In this document: in pieces, positions 40,165 through 53,674 of the stretch
Numbering within the stretch: position 1 is the stretch's first letter
Layout: each line of letters starts with the position of its first letter
From: Chiloscyllium plagiosum
Taxonomy: Eukaryota
Length of the DNA: 64,000 bases
NCBI RefSeq assembly: GCF_004010195.1
Contig: NW_025215371.1
Span: 1-64,000 of the forward strand
Reading direction: 5' to 3'
Notes under the pieces: model-generated
Told to the model about the DNA's origin: nothing
The model's database searches: none
The model's input: the letters and a program-made list of their open reading frames with translations, nothing else
Translations under genes and position numbers: made by a program

Positions 40165-40447
40165 GTGGCACGTTGGCACATTGATTAGCACTGTTGTCTC
40201 ACAGCATCAGCGACCTAGTTTCAATTCCCGCTTCGGTCCACTCTCGTTGTGGAGTTTGCACATTCTTACTGGGTTTGCTCCTGTTACCTCCCACAGTCCA
40301 AAGATGTGCAGGTGAGGTGAATTGGCCATGCTAAATTGCCCGTAGTGTCACGTGTAGGAGAATGGGTCTGGGTGGGTTGCTCTTCGGATGGTCGCTGTGG
40401 ACTTGTTGGGCTGAAGGGCCTGTTTCCACACTGTAAGCAATCTAATC
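40165..40447 (+). mobile_element. HE1 V-SINE (duplicate at 45349-45641)
   Basis: tRNA head ggcacgttggcacattgattagcactg, V-domain tgtggagtttgcacattct and tail ggcctgtttccacactgtaagcaatctaatc. Confidence 0.9.
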
Positions 40448-41564
40448 ACCAAGAAAACCAATTTTAAATCTGAACTCGTCAATGAACCTTATCTTTAAAA
40501 AGATATTCGCAGAGTCTGGGCATCGCTGGCTGGCCATCATTTATTATTCGATCCTGGTTGCTTTTGAGGGGCTGGTGATCTATCTTTTGTAACCACTGCA
40601 GTCAATGCACAGTAGATAGACCCACAATGGTCTTAGTGAGGGAATTCCAGGAATTTGATGCAGCAATCCTGAAGAAACAGTGATATTTTTCTAAGCTATA
40701 ATGGTGAGTGGCTTCCAAGGGAACTTGCAGGTGGTGGTCCCGTGTATCTGCTGCTCTTGTCCATCAAGAACTAAATGGTCATAGATTTGGCAGGATCTGG
40801 TGAAAAGTCGTTGAATTTCTCAATGTATCGTGTAGCTTGTACACACTGCTGGTACTGAGTGGAGGGTGGGAGAGGGCATGACAACTTGCGGATATGTTAC
40901 TAATCAAGTGGGCTGCTTTGTCCTGGATGGTGGCGAGCTTTTTGTATATTACTGGAACTGCACTTATCCGAACAAATACCTCTCAACCCTAGCTTTGAAA
41001 TGCTCTAAAGATCAGATAAGTTTTTAAGGCAGGAGGGTATCAAATTGTTTTAGTACTGATTGTATGACAAAAAGCTTCTTCACATCACTCCTAATCAGTC
41101 TAAGTCGTATCTTCTTGCATGCCCTATTTCTGGCATCCCTCGCGAAAGGAACTAGGTTCTCACTTTCTTCGCTGTTAAATCATTTAATCATCTCTGTCAC
41201 TTCTACAGATCCATTCCCTCATCATCCTTACTCTAGAGATGCAGGTGTAGCTTATCAAATAAAAACAAAAAGTACTGGTAATATTCAGGTCAGCCCGAAT
41301 GTATGGAGACATTACTTAACCTTCTCAGCCTTGGTATTGTTCTGTTCAACAATGACTCGTGACTATTCATTCCAGAACTCCTATCCAAGCTCCACTGCTG
41401 TGTGCGAATGGCTACTTCTGTGACACTGGACACAGGGAAAGTGGAAGCACTGAAGTCTGAGTTATTTCAGGGTAAACACTGCTCGATAGTAGAGGAAAGA
41501 GTTGTAGCGAATAAATATTTTTATATAAACAATAACATACCCTCTGTGTCTTTTTCTCGGGCCT

Positions 41565-41680
41565 GTTCAAGAGCGTCACGAGGAGGAAGCCCAATGGGTG
41601 AATTATGATGAAGATGAAGACGTGTGAAGATGCAGTTGGCAAATGAGATTTTCGAAGTTCTGATAAACGACGCAACAATC
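41565..41680 (+). pseudogene. CEP350: CEP350-like terminal coding exon, copy 1
   Basis: VQERHEEEAQWVNYDEDED/VKMQLANEIFEVLINDAT compared with CEP350 VQELHEEEAQWVNYDEDELCVKMQLADGIFETLIKDT. Frameshifted. The upstream pyrimidine tract lacks AG. Confidence 0.9.
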
Positions 41681-42509
41681 GGATTCAGGGGAAACGTTAA
41701 AACTCATGTTACCCTAACATGCGCCATGCCGTCGGCCAACTTGTGGTCTCCAGACGAAACCAAACTTCATGCTCCAAGCGGAACAGGATCCACCCCGGCC
41801 TCTAAACTCTTCTCTCCGATTGCGTTTGACAATCTGGTATAGAATTTCCTGAATAAGTAGCTGATTTTGGATATCAATACCTACTAGTCAGCCGACTGGC
41901 AGGATTTGGATAACAGTAGTGCCAAACTTTTCCCCTACCTATTTATACACAACCCTATCCCGTTTATTTATCCTAACTATACCATAGTCTTGAATTCAGA
42001 GAAGTTTGCACATCCAATTTTTTTTACATTTACACCTACATTTTCTTTTTAAAAATATATATCAATCTTGTGGTGCTATGATGTGTGTTTGGTGTATGCT
42101 AGCTCTGAGAGTTGAAACAATGGCTGATATCAGACACTGAATACGACCTAAGAGTGAGGAGTACTGCATCTGCATGAGTGAATTGGAGGGCAAAAGTATC
42201 GAGGGCCTTAAAAAGTTGCTCTCACTTCATTACTATAACTCGTGATTCTATTTTTTGGTTTTCAATTATTTCAGAAAGGAAATTTGTTTTTTATTCATTT
42301 CAATGGACTGTATCACTGATATTCATTTTCAGGAAAACGTTGCAAACTTTGAGCAGCTTTTGAAATAATTTCATGTGATTCAGAACGTCTTTGCAAAAGA
42401 AAACGAGTGTTAATTCAAGTCAAAATAGTTTGGTTTCTTGAAGCTAATGAGTGCATGGCTTGTGTTCTTTCTGTTCATTGACTGACAGAGCGTTCCCACA
42501 TCGGCACAC

Positions 42510-43760
42510 TCTCCTTTTGTATTCGGGATTCTGTATTTCTCATCTAATTTATTGAAATACATCAAGCCCTCTCCCTCAAATAAATCTCCTAGACAGGAGA
42601 TTGCTTTACCTCCCCATGCTCTGAAGCCAGATTCCTGGTCAACATCCCGGAGCTCCCACTAACTGGGTGAACGAAAAAGTCATTAGCAAATTTCCATCAC
42701 CCTGCCAAATTCTCGTTCATACTTTTACCGTATTTGTGACAGTCGGAGTTTCACAGTGCCCAACTACCGATCTCAACTTGTCCATGAACAGTAAGCTTCT
42801 GAGGGGCCATCGCACCTGCGAGGCCTCTACATCAAACCAGATCGACTTTGAGACTTTGCGCACCCATTCGCCGAAATATGACAACATGATGCATATTTAG
42901 CATCTCTTCGGATCTGGGAGGTCCACCCTCTCCACCCCCCATATGCTGCAGAAAATGCAAATTGGTAAATTTAATTAAGGGGCACCTACAGCGCCAAATA
43001 AATGATCTATGCGATCCCGAAAACCGCCACAGCACCTGTTTCGGTAATAAAAATGGGAACATCCTCATGGGATATAACAACTGATGAAGAATATTAATTT
43101 TAATCAAGACTACACATCCTAGCCATGATATGGATAGTCGCTCTCATCGCTGCAAGTCCTGCTTTATAGTCTCAAGCAGCTGCACGAAGTTAGCTACATA
43201 CAATGGCCAGAAGTGACGGATAATAACAATTCTCAAATAGAGAAAACCTTTCTGTGATCATCGAAAAGGAAATTCCATTCCGTCCTCCAGCATCGGTACC
43301 TGCACCAATCCCATCAGAGGCATGAATTCCGATTTTGTAAATTTTATCCTGTACCCAAAAAGCAGCCGAATATTTCTTGTGTGTATTAGCCAGGATACAG
43401 AGTTTTCGGGGTTACTTAAAAACAGAAGGAAATCGGCCGCATAGAGACTGATTTTTGTTCCCCAAATCCCACATTCGGTGCCATTATTTCAAGGTCTCTT
43501 CGGATAACCTCCGCAAGTGGATGATGTAACAAGGCAAACAGTAGCAGTGACAGGGGATATCACTGTCGATTGCCCCTCCCCACACCAAAAATGCTCGATT
43601 TAACCCCAGTTGTGATAACTGCCGCCTTGGGGTCTTTCTATAACACTACCACCCACCTGGCGAAGTTCCCTCAAAGACCAAAACAATCTAGAAAAGCAGA
43701 GACATGACGATTCCACCCCATCAAAAGCCTTTTCTGCATCCAGGGACACCACCAAACTGG
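42510..43760 (-). mobile_element. L1/Tx1-clade ORF2 fragment (duplicated part of the element at 47720-52320)
   Basis: LIKINILHQLLYPMRMFPFLLPK and VSLDAEKAFD motifs, collinear with 47720-48968. Confidence 0.9.
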
Positions 43761-44909
43761 AAAACTCAAGGTGTCACCTCATCTCACTCTTAACTTCGTA
43801 TACTGCAATTTTGTAAAAGGCTCAGTGGGCCCATTTTACTGGATGGTTTCCAAGTTGAGTTCCATAATTCCTCTTCTCCAAGTCAGACAGCCCCTGCCAA
43901 ACACCAACCCCTGGCCCCACTCCAACCAAACAATGTGTTCACTACAAATATTTTTCTGTTATTGCACTACAATTCAATTTCAGTCCATTCTACAGAAGTT
44001 GGAATCATTTGATTTCTTTCTGTGTTTCAAGTGTTTATTAATATAACAATTAAGGGCAAGAGGAGCATGGCTCCTGTGGACTCCTTCCATTCTCCATATC
44101 TTTCTAATTCCAAATCTTTATTTAACCCTGACCCTCACAGTTTCCCAACCACCACTATCCATTTGACTATGCTCCCCTTCATTTGAGGTGCCCTTAAGTT
44201 TTGACATTGATCTCAGAGGCAAATAATTCCTGAAAATCCACGTAAACCATATACCCTTTTTCCCACTAACCTGTTCTTCTGTTAATAAAACCTTGTCAAA
44301 TTGTTTGATAGTTCACAACCTGCTAATTAGAAATTCATGCTAATTGCTCCTGATTAGCTATTCTCTCTTCAAGAGTTCGTACTTCACTCCATATTGCTTA
44401 CTCTTAATTTCCCAACAAACGAAGAAAAACTAACTGGTAGAGAAATTTCTATTTTTTTTTCGTTTTATTGAATGAGGAGTTAACTCCCCTCCAATCCTTT
44501 GTTCGAATTGTAGGTGGGAACAATTGGAGCCATGACAGTTTGCTCTCTATTTACAGCATGTCCCACAGATTTTTTTTAAAAAGATTTGCCTCCTTTTATG
44601 TTGTGGTTCCGTCATTCATATTATAATTGTACTCTTATCTAATACATCTGAACGAACCCTTGGTAGTTCTGCCATCCTATTAAACCCTTTCTGAATCTCT
44701 CTTTTGCCTTCTGTCCTGCAAGTCAATCAAATTCCAAATTTATCCTTGGTTCAAATCATGGAGCAAACAGTTGCTATTATATATATTTTGAACAGTATTC
44801 CCTTTGATTTCACTGTAACGACCAAACGAGCTTTTTTTTTTTGGGGGGGGGGGGGAGGAGAGGACATATCGAATATAATCGTTTCTCTGTTATTGTTTAT
44901 TTTTTCCAA

Positions 44910-45041
44910 CTTGTATTTAACATGACGAGAAAAAAATTCACTGAGATGTTCTCTGAAGACCCCAGTGCCAGCCAAGCCCCATTGATGAAGCCAAGCAGAA
45001 ATAACTCTGCTTTCGTCAAATAAAATTTAAATGAAATGAAG
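44910..45041 (+). pseudogene. CEP350: CEP350-like internal exon, copy 2
   Basis: LVFNMTRKKFTEMFSEDPSASQAPLMKPSRNNSAFVK...NEMK. Acceptor mutated AG to AA, donor GT to GG, plus an internal deletion. Confidence 0.85.
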
Positions 45042-45348
45042 GGAGTATCGCCATGTAATCGTTTTGTCCAACTTGTCAGAAAAAAAATATTGTAAACGTT
45101 ATCCTGGTTGGAGCTAAAATACGTTTTGAGTAAGTGAGGGACCCACCTTGTAAACTGTGGCCATTATCCTGACTTGGAAGTCTGTCATTCATTCTTGGAA
45201 GTCTCTCCGTAATGAGATTGTGGGTAAAGCCCAGCACCATCTTCTCAAGGACAACTAGGAAGGGGCAATAAATGCTGATCAGCCAGTGATACCCACGTTT
45301 CATGAATGAACGAAAATAAACACTTTCCTCTAAGCACATTGAGCACTC

Positions 45349-45641
45349 GGGTGGCAAGGTGGCACGTTGGCACGTTGATTAGCACTGTTGTCTCACAGCA
45401 TCAGCGACCTAGTTTCAATTCCTGCTTCGGGCCACTCTCGGTGTGGAGTTTGCACATTCTTACCGGGTTTGCTCCTGTTACCTCCCACAGTCCAAAGATG
45501 TGCAGGTGAGGTGAATTGGCCATGCTAAATTGCCCGTAGTGTCACGTGTAGGAGAATGGGTCTGGGTGGGTTGCTCTTCGGATGGTCGGTGTGGACTTGT
45601 TGAGCTGAAGGGCCTGTTTCCACACTGTAAGCAATCTAATC
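45349..45641 (+). mobile_element. HE1 V-SINE (duplicate of 40165-40447)
   Basis: Same head, V-domain and tail as 40165-40447. Confidence 0.9.
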
Positions 45642-46768
45642 ACCAAGAAAACCAATTTTAACTCTGAACTCGTCAATGAACTTTATCTTTAAAAAGATAT
45701 TCGCAGAGTCTGGGCATCGCTGGCTGGCCATCATTTATTATCCGATCCTGGTTGCCTTTGAGAGGCTGGTGATCTATCTTTTGTAACAACTGCAGTCAAT
45801 GCACTGTAAGTAGACCCACATTGGTCTTAGGGAGGGAATTCCAGGAATTTGATGCAGCAATTCTGAAGAAACAGTATTATGTTTCTAAGCTCGAATGGTG
45901 AGTGGCTTTGAGGGGAACTTGCAGGTGGTGGTCTCATGTATCTGCTGCTCTTGTCCATCAAGAACTAAATGGTCATAGATTTGGCAGGATCTGGCTAAAA
46001 GTCGTGAATTTCTCAATGCATCGTGTAGCTTGTACACACTGCTGGTACTGAATGGAGGGTGGTAGAGGGCATGACAACTTGCGGATGTGTTACACATCAA
46101 ATGGGCTGCTTTGTCCTGGATGGTGGCGAGCTTTTTGTATATTACTGGAGCTGCACTTATCCGAACAAATACCTCTCAACCCTAGGTTTGAAATGCTCTA
46201 AAGGTCAGAGTAGTTTTTAAGGCAGGAGGGTATCAAATTGTTTTAGTACTGATTGTATGACAAAAAGCTTCTTCACATCACTCCTAATCAGCCTAAGTAC
46301 GTATCTTCTTGCATGCCCTATTTCTGGCATCCCTCGCGAAAGGAACTAGGTTCTCACTTTCTTCGCTGTTAAATCACTTAATCATCTCAGTGACTTTTAC
46401 AGATCCATTCCCTAGTCATCCCTACTCAAGAGATGCAGGTCTAGCTTATCAAATAAAAATAAAAAGTGCTGATAATATTCAGGTCAGCCCGAATTTATGT
46501 AGACATTACTTAACCTTCTCAGCCTTGGTATTGTTCTGTTCAACAATGACAAGTGACTATTCATTGATCTGAGAGCGAGACTTCCAGAACTCCTATCCAC
46601 TGCTGTGTGCGAATGGCTACTTCTGTGACACTGGACACAGGGAAAGTGGAAGCACTGAAGTCTGAGTTATTTCAGGGTAAACACTGCTCGGTAGTAGAGG
46701 AAAGAGTTGTAGCGAATAAGTCTTTTTATATAAACAATAACATACCCTCTGTGTCTTTTTTCGGGCCT

Positions 46769-46885
46769 GTTCAAGAGCGTCATGAGGAGGAAGCCCAATG
46801 GGTGAATTATGATGAGGATGAAGACTGTGAAGATGCATTTGGAAAATGAGATTTACGAAGTTCTGATAAAAGACGCAACAACCGG
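46769..46885 (+). pseudogene. CEP350: CEP350-like terminal coding exon, copy 2
   Basis: ORF 46607-46849 (VQERHEEEAQWVNYDEDEDC) and ORF 46809-47054 (VKMHLENEIYEVLIKDAT). Confidence 0.9.
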
Positions 46886-47719
46886 ATTCAGGGGAAACGT
46901 TAAAACTCATGTTACCCTAACATGGGCCATGCCGTCGGCCAACTTGTGGTCTCCAGAAGAAACCAAACTTCATGCTCCAAGCGGAAGAGGATCCACCCCG
47001 GCCTCTAAGCTCTTCTCTCCGATTGGGTTTGACATCTGGTATAGAATTTCCTGAATAAGTAGCTGATTTGGGATATCAAAACCTACTAGTCAGCCGACTG
47101 GCAGGATTTGGATAGCAGAAGTGCCAACCTTTTCCCCTACCTATTTATACACAACCCTATCCCGTTTATTTATCCAAACTGTACCATAGTCTTGAATTCA
47201 GAGAAGTATGCACATCCAATTTTTTTTACATTTACACGTACATTTTCTTTTTAAAAATATATATCCATCTTGTGGTGCTATGATGTGTGTTTGGTGTACG
47301 CTAGCTCTGAGAGTTGAAACAATGGCTGATATCAGACACTGAATACGACCTAAGAGTGAGGAGTACTGCATCTGCATGAGTGAATTAGAGGGCAAAAGTA
47401 TCGAGTGCCTTAAAAAGTTGCTCTCACTTCATTACTATAACTCGTGATTCTATGTTTTGGTTTTCAATTATTTCAGAAAGGAAATTTGTTTTTTTATTCA
47501 TTTCAATGGACTGTATCACTGATATTCATTTTCAGGAAAACGTTGCAAACTTTGAGCAGCTTTTGAAATAACTTCATTTGATTCAGAACTTCTTTGCAAA
47601 AGAAAACGAGTGTTAATTCAAGCCACAATAGTTTGGTTTCTTGAAGCTAATGAATGGAGGGCTTGTGTTCTTTCTGTTCATTGACTGAGAGAGCGCTCCC
47701 ACATCGGAGCACTCTCCTT

Positions 47720-50700
47720 TCGTACTCGGGATTCTGTATTTCTCATCTAATTTATTGAAAGACATCAAGCCCTCTCCCTCAAATAAATCTCCCAGACAGG
47801 AGATTCCTTTACCTCCCCATGCTCTGAAGCCAGATTCCATTGTCCCTGGTCAACATCCCGGAGCTCCCACTAACTGGGTGAACGAAAAAGTCTTTAGCAA
47901 ATTTCCATCACCCTGCCAAATTCTCGTTCATACTTTTACCGTATTTGTGACAGTCGGAGTTTCACAGTGCTCAACTACCGATCTCATCTTGTCCATGAAC
48001 AGTAAGCTTCTGAGGGGGCATCTCACCTGCGAGGCCTCTACATCAAACCAGATCGACTTTTAGTCTTTGCGCACCCTTTCACCGAAATATGACAACATGG
48101 TGCATATTTAGCATCTCTTCAGATCTGGGAGGTCCACCCTCACCACCCCCGATATGCTGCAGAAAATACAACTTGGTAAATTTAATTAAGGGGCACCTAC
48201 AACGCCAAATAAATGATCTATGCGATCCCGAAAACCACCACAGCACCAGTTTGGGCAATAAAAACGGGAACATCCTCATGGGATATAACAACTGATGAAG
48301 AATATTAATTTTAATCAAGACTACACATCCTAGCCATGATATGGATAGTCGCTCTCATCGCTGAAAGTCCTGCTTTATAGTCTCAAGCAGCTCCACGAAG
48401 TTAGCTCCGTACAATGGCCAGAAGTGACGGGTAATAACAATTCTCAAATAGAGAAAACCTTTCTGTGAACATCGAAAAGGAAATTCCATTCCGTCCTCCA
48501 GCATCGGTACCTGCACCAATCCCATCAGAGGCATGAATTCCGATTTTGTAAATTTTATCCTGTACCCAAAAAGCAGCCGAATATTTCTTGTGTGTATTAG
48601 CCAGGATACAGAGTTTTCGGGGTTACTTAAAAACAGAAGGAAATCGGCCGCATAGAGACTGATTTTTGTTCCCCAAATCCCACATTCGGTGCCATTATTT
48701 CAAGGTCTCTTCGGATAACCTCCGCAAGTGGATGATGTAACAAGGCAAACAGTAGCAGTGACAGGGGATATCACTGTCGATTGCCCCTCCCCACACCAAA
48801 AATGCTCGATTTAACCCCAGTTGTGACAACTGCCGCCTTGGGGTCTTTCTATAACACTACCACCCACCTGGCGAAGTTCCCTCAAAGACCAAAACAATCT
48901 AGAAAAGCAGAGACATGACGATTCCACCCCATCAAAAGCCTTTTCTGCATCCAGGGACACCACCAAACTCGAAATCATTCTCTGCTGACGTATTTTCACT
49001 ATGTTTAATACCTACCTGATGTTGTTGGAGGAGCTTCGGTCCTTGCGAAAACCCATCTGATCTACTTACATAATAACAGACAGCACCTTCTCCAGTCTCA
49101 GACCCAACACCTTTGATAGAATTATAAAATGCACATTCAACAACGAGGTGGGTCTACACGATTCACAATCCTCCGTGTCTTTCCATTTCTTGAAAATAAT
49201 GGAGAAATTAGCCTCCCTGAGAGAGGCTGGAAGGCAGTCCGGCGATATGAATTTCTGTACAGCACGAGCAGTGGTTCAGCTAACGTGTGTATGAACTTCT
49301 TGTAAAATTCACTTGGGAATTAGTCTGGACACAGTGCCTTACCACCTTGGAGCTGCCATGCTGCCTCTTGCACCTCATGTACTGTCAGAGATTCATTTAA
49401 AAGAGAGGCCTGATCTGCATTTATACCAGGGAGGTCCAAATTTCAAATAAGCATTCCATTCTCCCTTCTCCATCCCCACAGCCCTCCCACCTGCATAAAT
49501 CTGCATAGAACTCCCCGAATATGGCTTTGATCTTCCTCAGTTTAATAATGACATTGCCAGTTCTCTCCCTGATAGAGACAATGGACTGTGGAGCAATTTT
49601 CTTACTAGCCAGGTAATCGACCCGGCTTATCCTCATATTCAAACAGCCTTTGCTTTGCAAAGGACACCTCTTTCTTTGCCACATGTGTGAGCACAGAGTC
49701 CAGAGCAGCCTGGAGAGCTGTAACCCATTACAATTTGCATGGATGGTCTGGCATAATGTATCGATTTGGCTGCCTTCAACAAGGCATCAAGCATCAGCTG
49801 CTTCTCTCCTCTCTGCCTCCTTCTCATTGGCGAGTGTTAAATAATCATACCCCTTTATAATGTTTTGGGTGTCTCCCAGAGCACTGATAGATCACTGGCC
49901 ATACCCCGATTTATATCCCCCAAAACCCTGAACTCCCTTGTGATATACTGCACAAAATTGTCATCCTTCAATAGAAATGATTCCATGCGCCATTGCTGTG
50001 TGTATCCTCCATTACCTTTAGTCATTACATCGAAATATACTGTCATAGGGCCCGAATAGTTATGCTCCCAATCCTGCAGTTTTACACCATGTCCAAACAA
50101 ACCGATGAAACAAAGAACATATCAATTCCTGTGTGGCACTTGTGTGGGTTGGGCTAAAACATAAAGCCCCTCCCATTCGGGTGGAGGCAGCTCCACACAT
50201 CCACGAGCTCCAACTCCTCACACAAACTGTCTAGATTGCTGAGGTGTACCCAAGAGTCATCTTGGCATTCTGTTGACCACAGGGTCCATGAGTGAATTAA
50301 AGTCTCCTATAATTATACGGCGCACCCCAAGTGCCATTAACTTATAGATTGCATAAACTAAAAAATTGAGAGGCTGCGTTAGGGGACAGTAAACGTTCAG
50401 GATACCCAACTCTTCTCCGTGTACTAGAGCCTTGAGAATAACGAACCATCCATACTCATCCCTGATTTGATCTATAATCTGAAATGGGAGGTTCTTTCGT
50501 ATCAGTATGGCCACTCCTCTGCTTTTAGAGTTAAAGGAAGAAAAAAAAACCCGATCATATTCCCTCTGTTGTAACTTCTGATGCTCCCTAACAGTCAAAT
50601 GTGTTTCTTTCAACAGCGCTACATCAACCCTTTCCTTCTTAAGATTTGAGAGCACTTTTTATCTTTTAATATGGGAATGGATCCCCTTTATATTCCAGGT

Positions 50701-52320
50701 GCACCACCTGAACATATCACTAGCCATGACCGCACAATGCAGCCCACAGTCCACCGACAAAAAGAAGCCCATTCAATATGCGATGAGTGTAGAAAAAACA
50801 GACTTTATCAAATCTAAAGACTATTCCTACAAACACTGTCAAAACGACTAAAACTACGAAACTAACATTTACTGCTACTGTCAGCAAATAATCACAAAAA
50901 AAAGCAAATTCCCAAAGATATCCCCCCAACCCTTGACCATAGGGAGCATTCACTCCCAACCTCACAACCATCGTAGTAGCTTCCAGTTAAGGCCGCGCCC
51001 CAAACCCAAGCAATGGGAAGAAAAACATATTTTTCCCCATTCTGCAAGTTAACAATGGATGCCCAGACATTTCCCCTCCTCACCCCAACCCTACACATTT
51101 TTACATCGAAGGAGTAACCACCACTCACCCAGCAAACAGAACAAGAGAATAACTAACCACCGCAAAATAGATATAATATAAAACACTCCGGATTGTATAC
51201 CAAAGCAATACCAGGCTTATAAAGCCCGAGATCCTAAAAGGGAAAAGAACAAAAACAGAGAAGATTTTAATAAATTATATTATGTCATTGTTCCCAAGCC
51301 TCGTTTCCTTCTTCCTCATCAGACAAAGTCTATCATTTCAGCGAGTTGTCGACAGCTCCTCCTTAATTGAAACATTGCACTGCCAGGTACCTCAGGCAGT
51401 ATGAAATGTTTAAATCTTTTCGTGGTTTTTTTGGAGCATCAAAGGTCTTCTTTTCCTTAATTATGGCCTCAGAAAAGTCACAAAAAACATTATTTTTGAA
51501 CCTTTACAAGCCAAAGCAGTGGATCTCTTCCCAGTCTTCTGTCTGTTTCTATGACGAACTGCTTTTCTTGGTAATGCTGGAGTCACACCAGGACAAGGCG
51601 GGGGCGCTGGTCAGGCCCAGACGCGCGCATTGTGATCCAGTCGGCTCACGCCACACTCACCTGTCCCGATTTGATCTCTTGGCACAGCAACTCCAGAAGA
51701 TATCTTTCGAGGAAATCAACGAGGTTTTCACCTTCTGCACGCTTAGCTGAGTCCATGTTACCTACATTTTCTTTTCTCCGACATCGATTTTCAAGGTCGT
51801 TTACTTGTTCCTGCATGGATTGAAACTGCCCTTCGAATGATCGGACCCGCCCCTCGGACCTCTCCATCACAGCCTTTGAGGCCGCGGTCCTCTGTTCCAT
51901 CGCTTCCACGCGCTGATCCAAAGCCCGAATCTTCTATGCACACTTTGTCAGCATGGTAATTGGCTTCAGCCCTCCCTCGATATTTTTTCGCAGAGTTTTG
52001 CAAGTTCTATTAGTAATTGCTGTTGCTCCACTGAACTTAAGGGCGCCGCCACGGGAGCCCGAGGTAATGACTGTGCGTGTGCCAGACATAGTAGGGGAGT
52101 GCCCTGCCTGCTGCACACCCCGAGCTCCCTTTCCTTTCTATGTGTTTATTTCAGCTCCACGATCTTCCAAATCCTCAATTACATGGTCTGTAAGTGTTCT
52201 ACTTACTTTATACTGTAAACTTTCCTCAGTAGTGACTCATGGGGAAGGGGTGGGGGAGGAGACCACCTTGCCTCGTAGCATAGAGCCCAACACAGCAGAC
52301 TGTTCAGACTGTCTTGAATC
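47720..52320 (-). mobile_element. L1/Tx1-clade LINE with ORF1 and ORF2, decayed and 3'-truncated
   Basis: ORF1 coiled coil plus DLENRCRR (51646-51921). APE WNIKGI...VDVALLKETHL...SKSRGVAILI...IIGDFN (50257-50700). WRMESFLLKD (49855-50100). RT SLDAEKAFD (48811-48999). Confidence 0.92.
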
Positions 52321-53133
52321 TCCCCCAGTATTCCTTTCATCAATTTTTTTACTTATCTTCTGACTTGAGACACTGTTGATTGTGATCAGAGGTATCCACG
52401 CATTAAGAATTTCAGTCGTTGGATATCTAATTATCTTCCTGAAGCACTTGCTCCATTCACGACAAAACTAAAGATACCTGATGTCGCTGCATAAAATTAG
52501 TCTTTGCACCTGACCACTCTGCCTGTCATCGACACGAAATGGGTAGTAATGAAAACTGAATATAAAATGCTTTTCATTTTACCGTTCCCACTTGACCACT
52601 TTGCAGTTGATGGGTAGCAGTTGTGGATATTTCNNNNNNNNNNNNNNNNNNNNNNNNNNNNNNNNNNNNNNNNNNNNNNNNNNNNNNNNNNNNNNNNNNN
52701 NNNNNNNNNNNNNNNNNNNNNNNNNNNNNNNNNNNNNNNNNNNNNNNNNNNNNNNNNNNNNNNNNNNNNNNNNNNNNNNNNNNNNNNNNNNNNNNNNNNN
52801 NNNNNNNNNNNNNNNNNNNNNNNNNNNNNNNNNNNNNNNNNNNNNNNNNNNNNNNNNNNNNNNNNNNNNNNNNNNNNNNNNNNNNNNNNNNNNNNNNNNN
52901 NNNNNNNNNNNNNNNNNNNNNNNNNNNNNNNNNNNNNNNNNNNNNNNNNNNNNNNNNNNNNNNNNNNNNNNNNNNNNNNNNNNNNNNNNNNNNNNNNNNN
53001 NNNNNNNNNNNNNNNNNNNNNNNNNNNNNNNNNNNNNNNNNNNNNNNNNNNNNNNNNNNNNNNNNNNNNNNNNNNNNNNNNNNNNNNNNNNNNNNNNNNN
53101 NNNNNNNNNNNNNNNNNNNNNNNNNNNNNNNNN

Positions 53134-53672
53134 GAGAGCTTGGAGTGCAGCTTCATATTTCGTTCAAAGTGGAGTCGCAGGGTCGATAGGATCGTGAAAA
53201 GACGTTTGGTATGCTTTTATTTATTGGTCAAAGTGTTAGATACATGAGTGTGGAGGTCATGTTGCGGCTGTACATGGCATTAGTTATGCCACTGTTGGAA
53301 TGTTGCGTGCAATTCTGGTCACCTTCCTGTCGGAAAGATGTTGTGAATTTTTAAAGCGTTCAGAAAAGATTTGCAAGTATGTTGCCAGGGTTGGAGGATT
53401 TAAGATATTGGCAGAGGCTGAACAGATTGGGAGTGTTTCCCTGGAGCGTCGGAGGCTGAGGGGTAACCTTATAGATTTTTTCACAATTATGAGGGGCATG
53501 GATAGGGTAAACAGGCAAAGTCTTTTCCCTGGGGTCGGAAGTCACGAACTGGAGGCATAGGTTTATGGTGTTGGTAGGTGGCACTAGATTGATTTGGGAT
53601 ATCTGGTCGGCACAGACGGGTCGGACGGAAGGGTGTGTTTCCATGGTGTACATCTTGACGACTCTGTGACTC
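53134..53672 (+). mobile_element. CR1 3' fragment
   Basis: VSLERRRLRGNLI and a 3' UTR ending gactctgtgactct. Confidence 0.88.
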
Positions 53673-53674
53673 TC

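Larger units (their letters stand above)
38560..48968 (+). repeat. 5.2-kb direct tandem segmental duplication (38560-43763 and 43764-48968)
   Basis: Identical 91-aa ORFs at 38566 and 43771. Collinear CEP350 exons, HE1 SINE and L1 fragment in both units. Confidence 0.97.

Noticed and set aside
52497..53247. Four ORFs of 188-219 aa
   Set aside because: They span the N gap 52634-53133 and are artefacts
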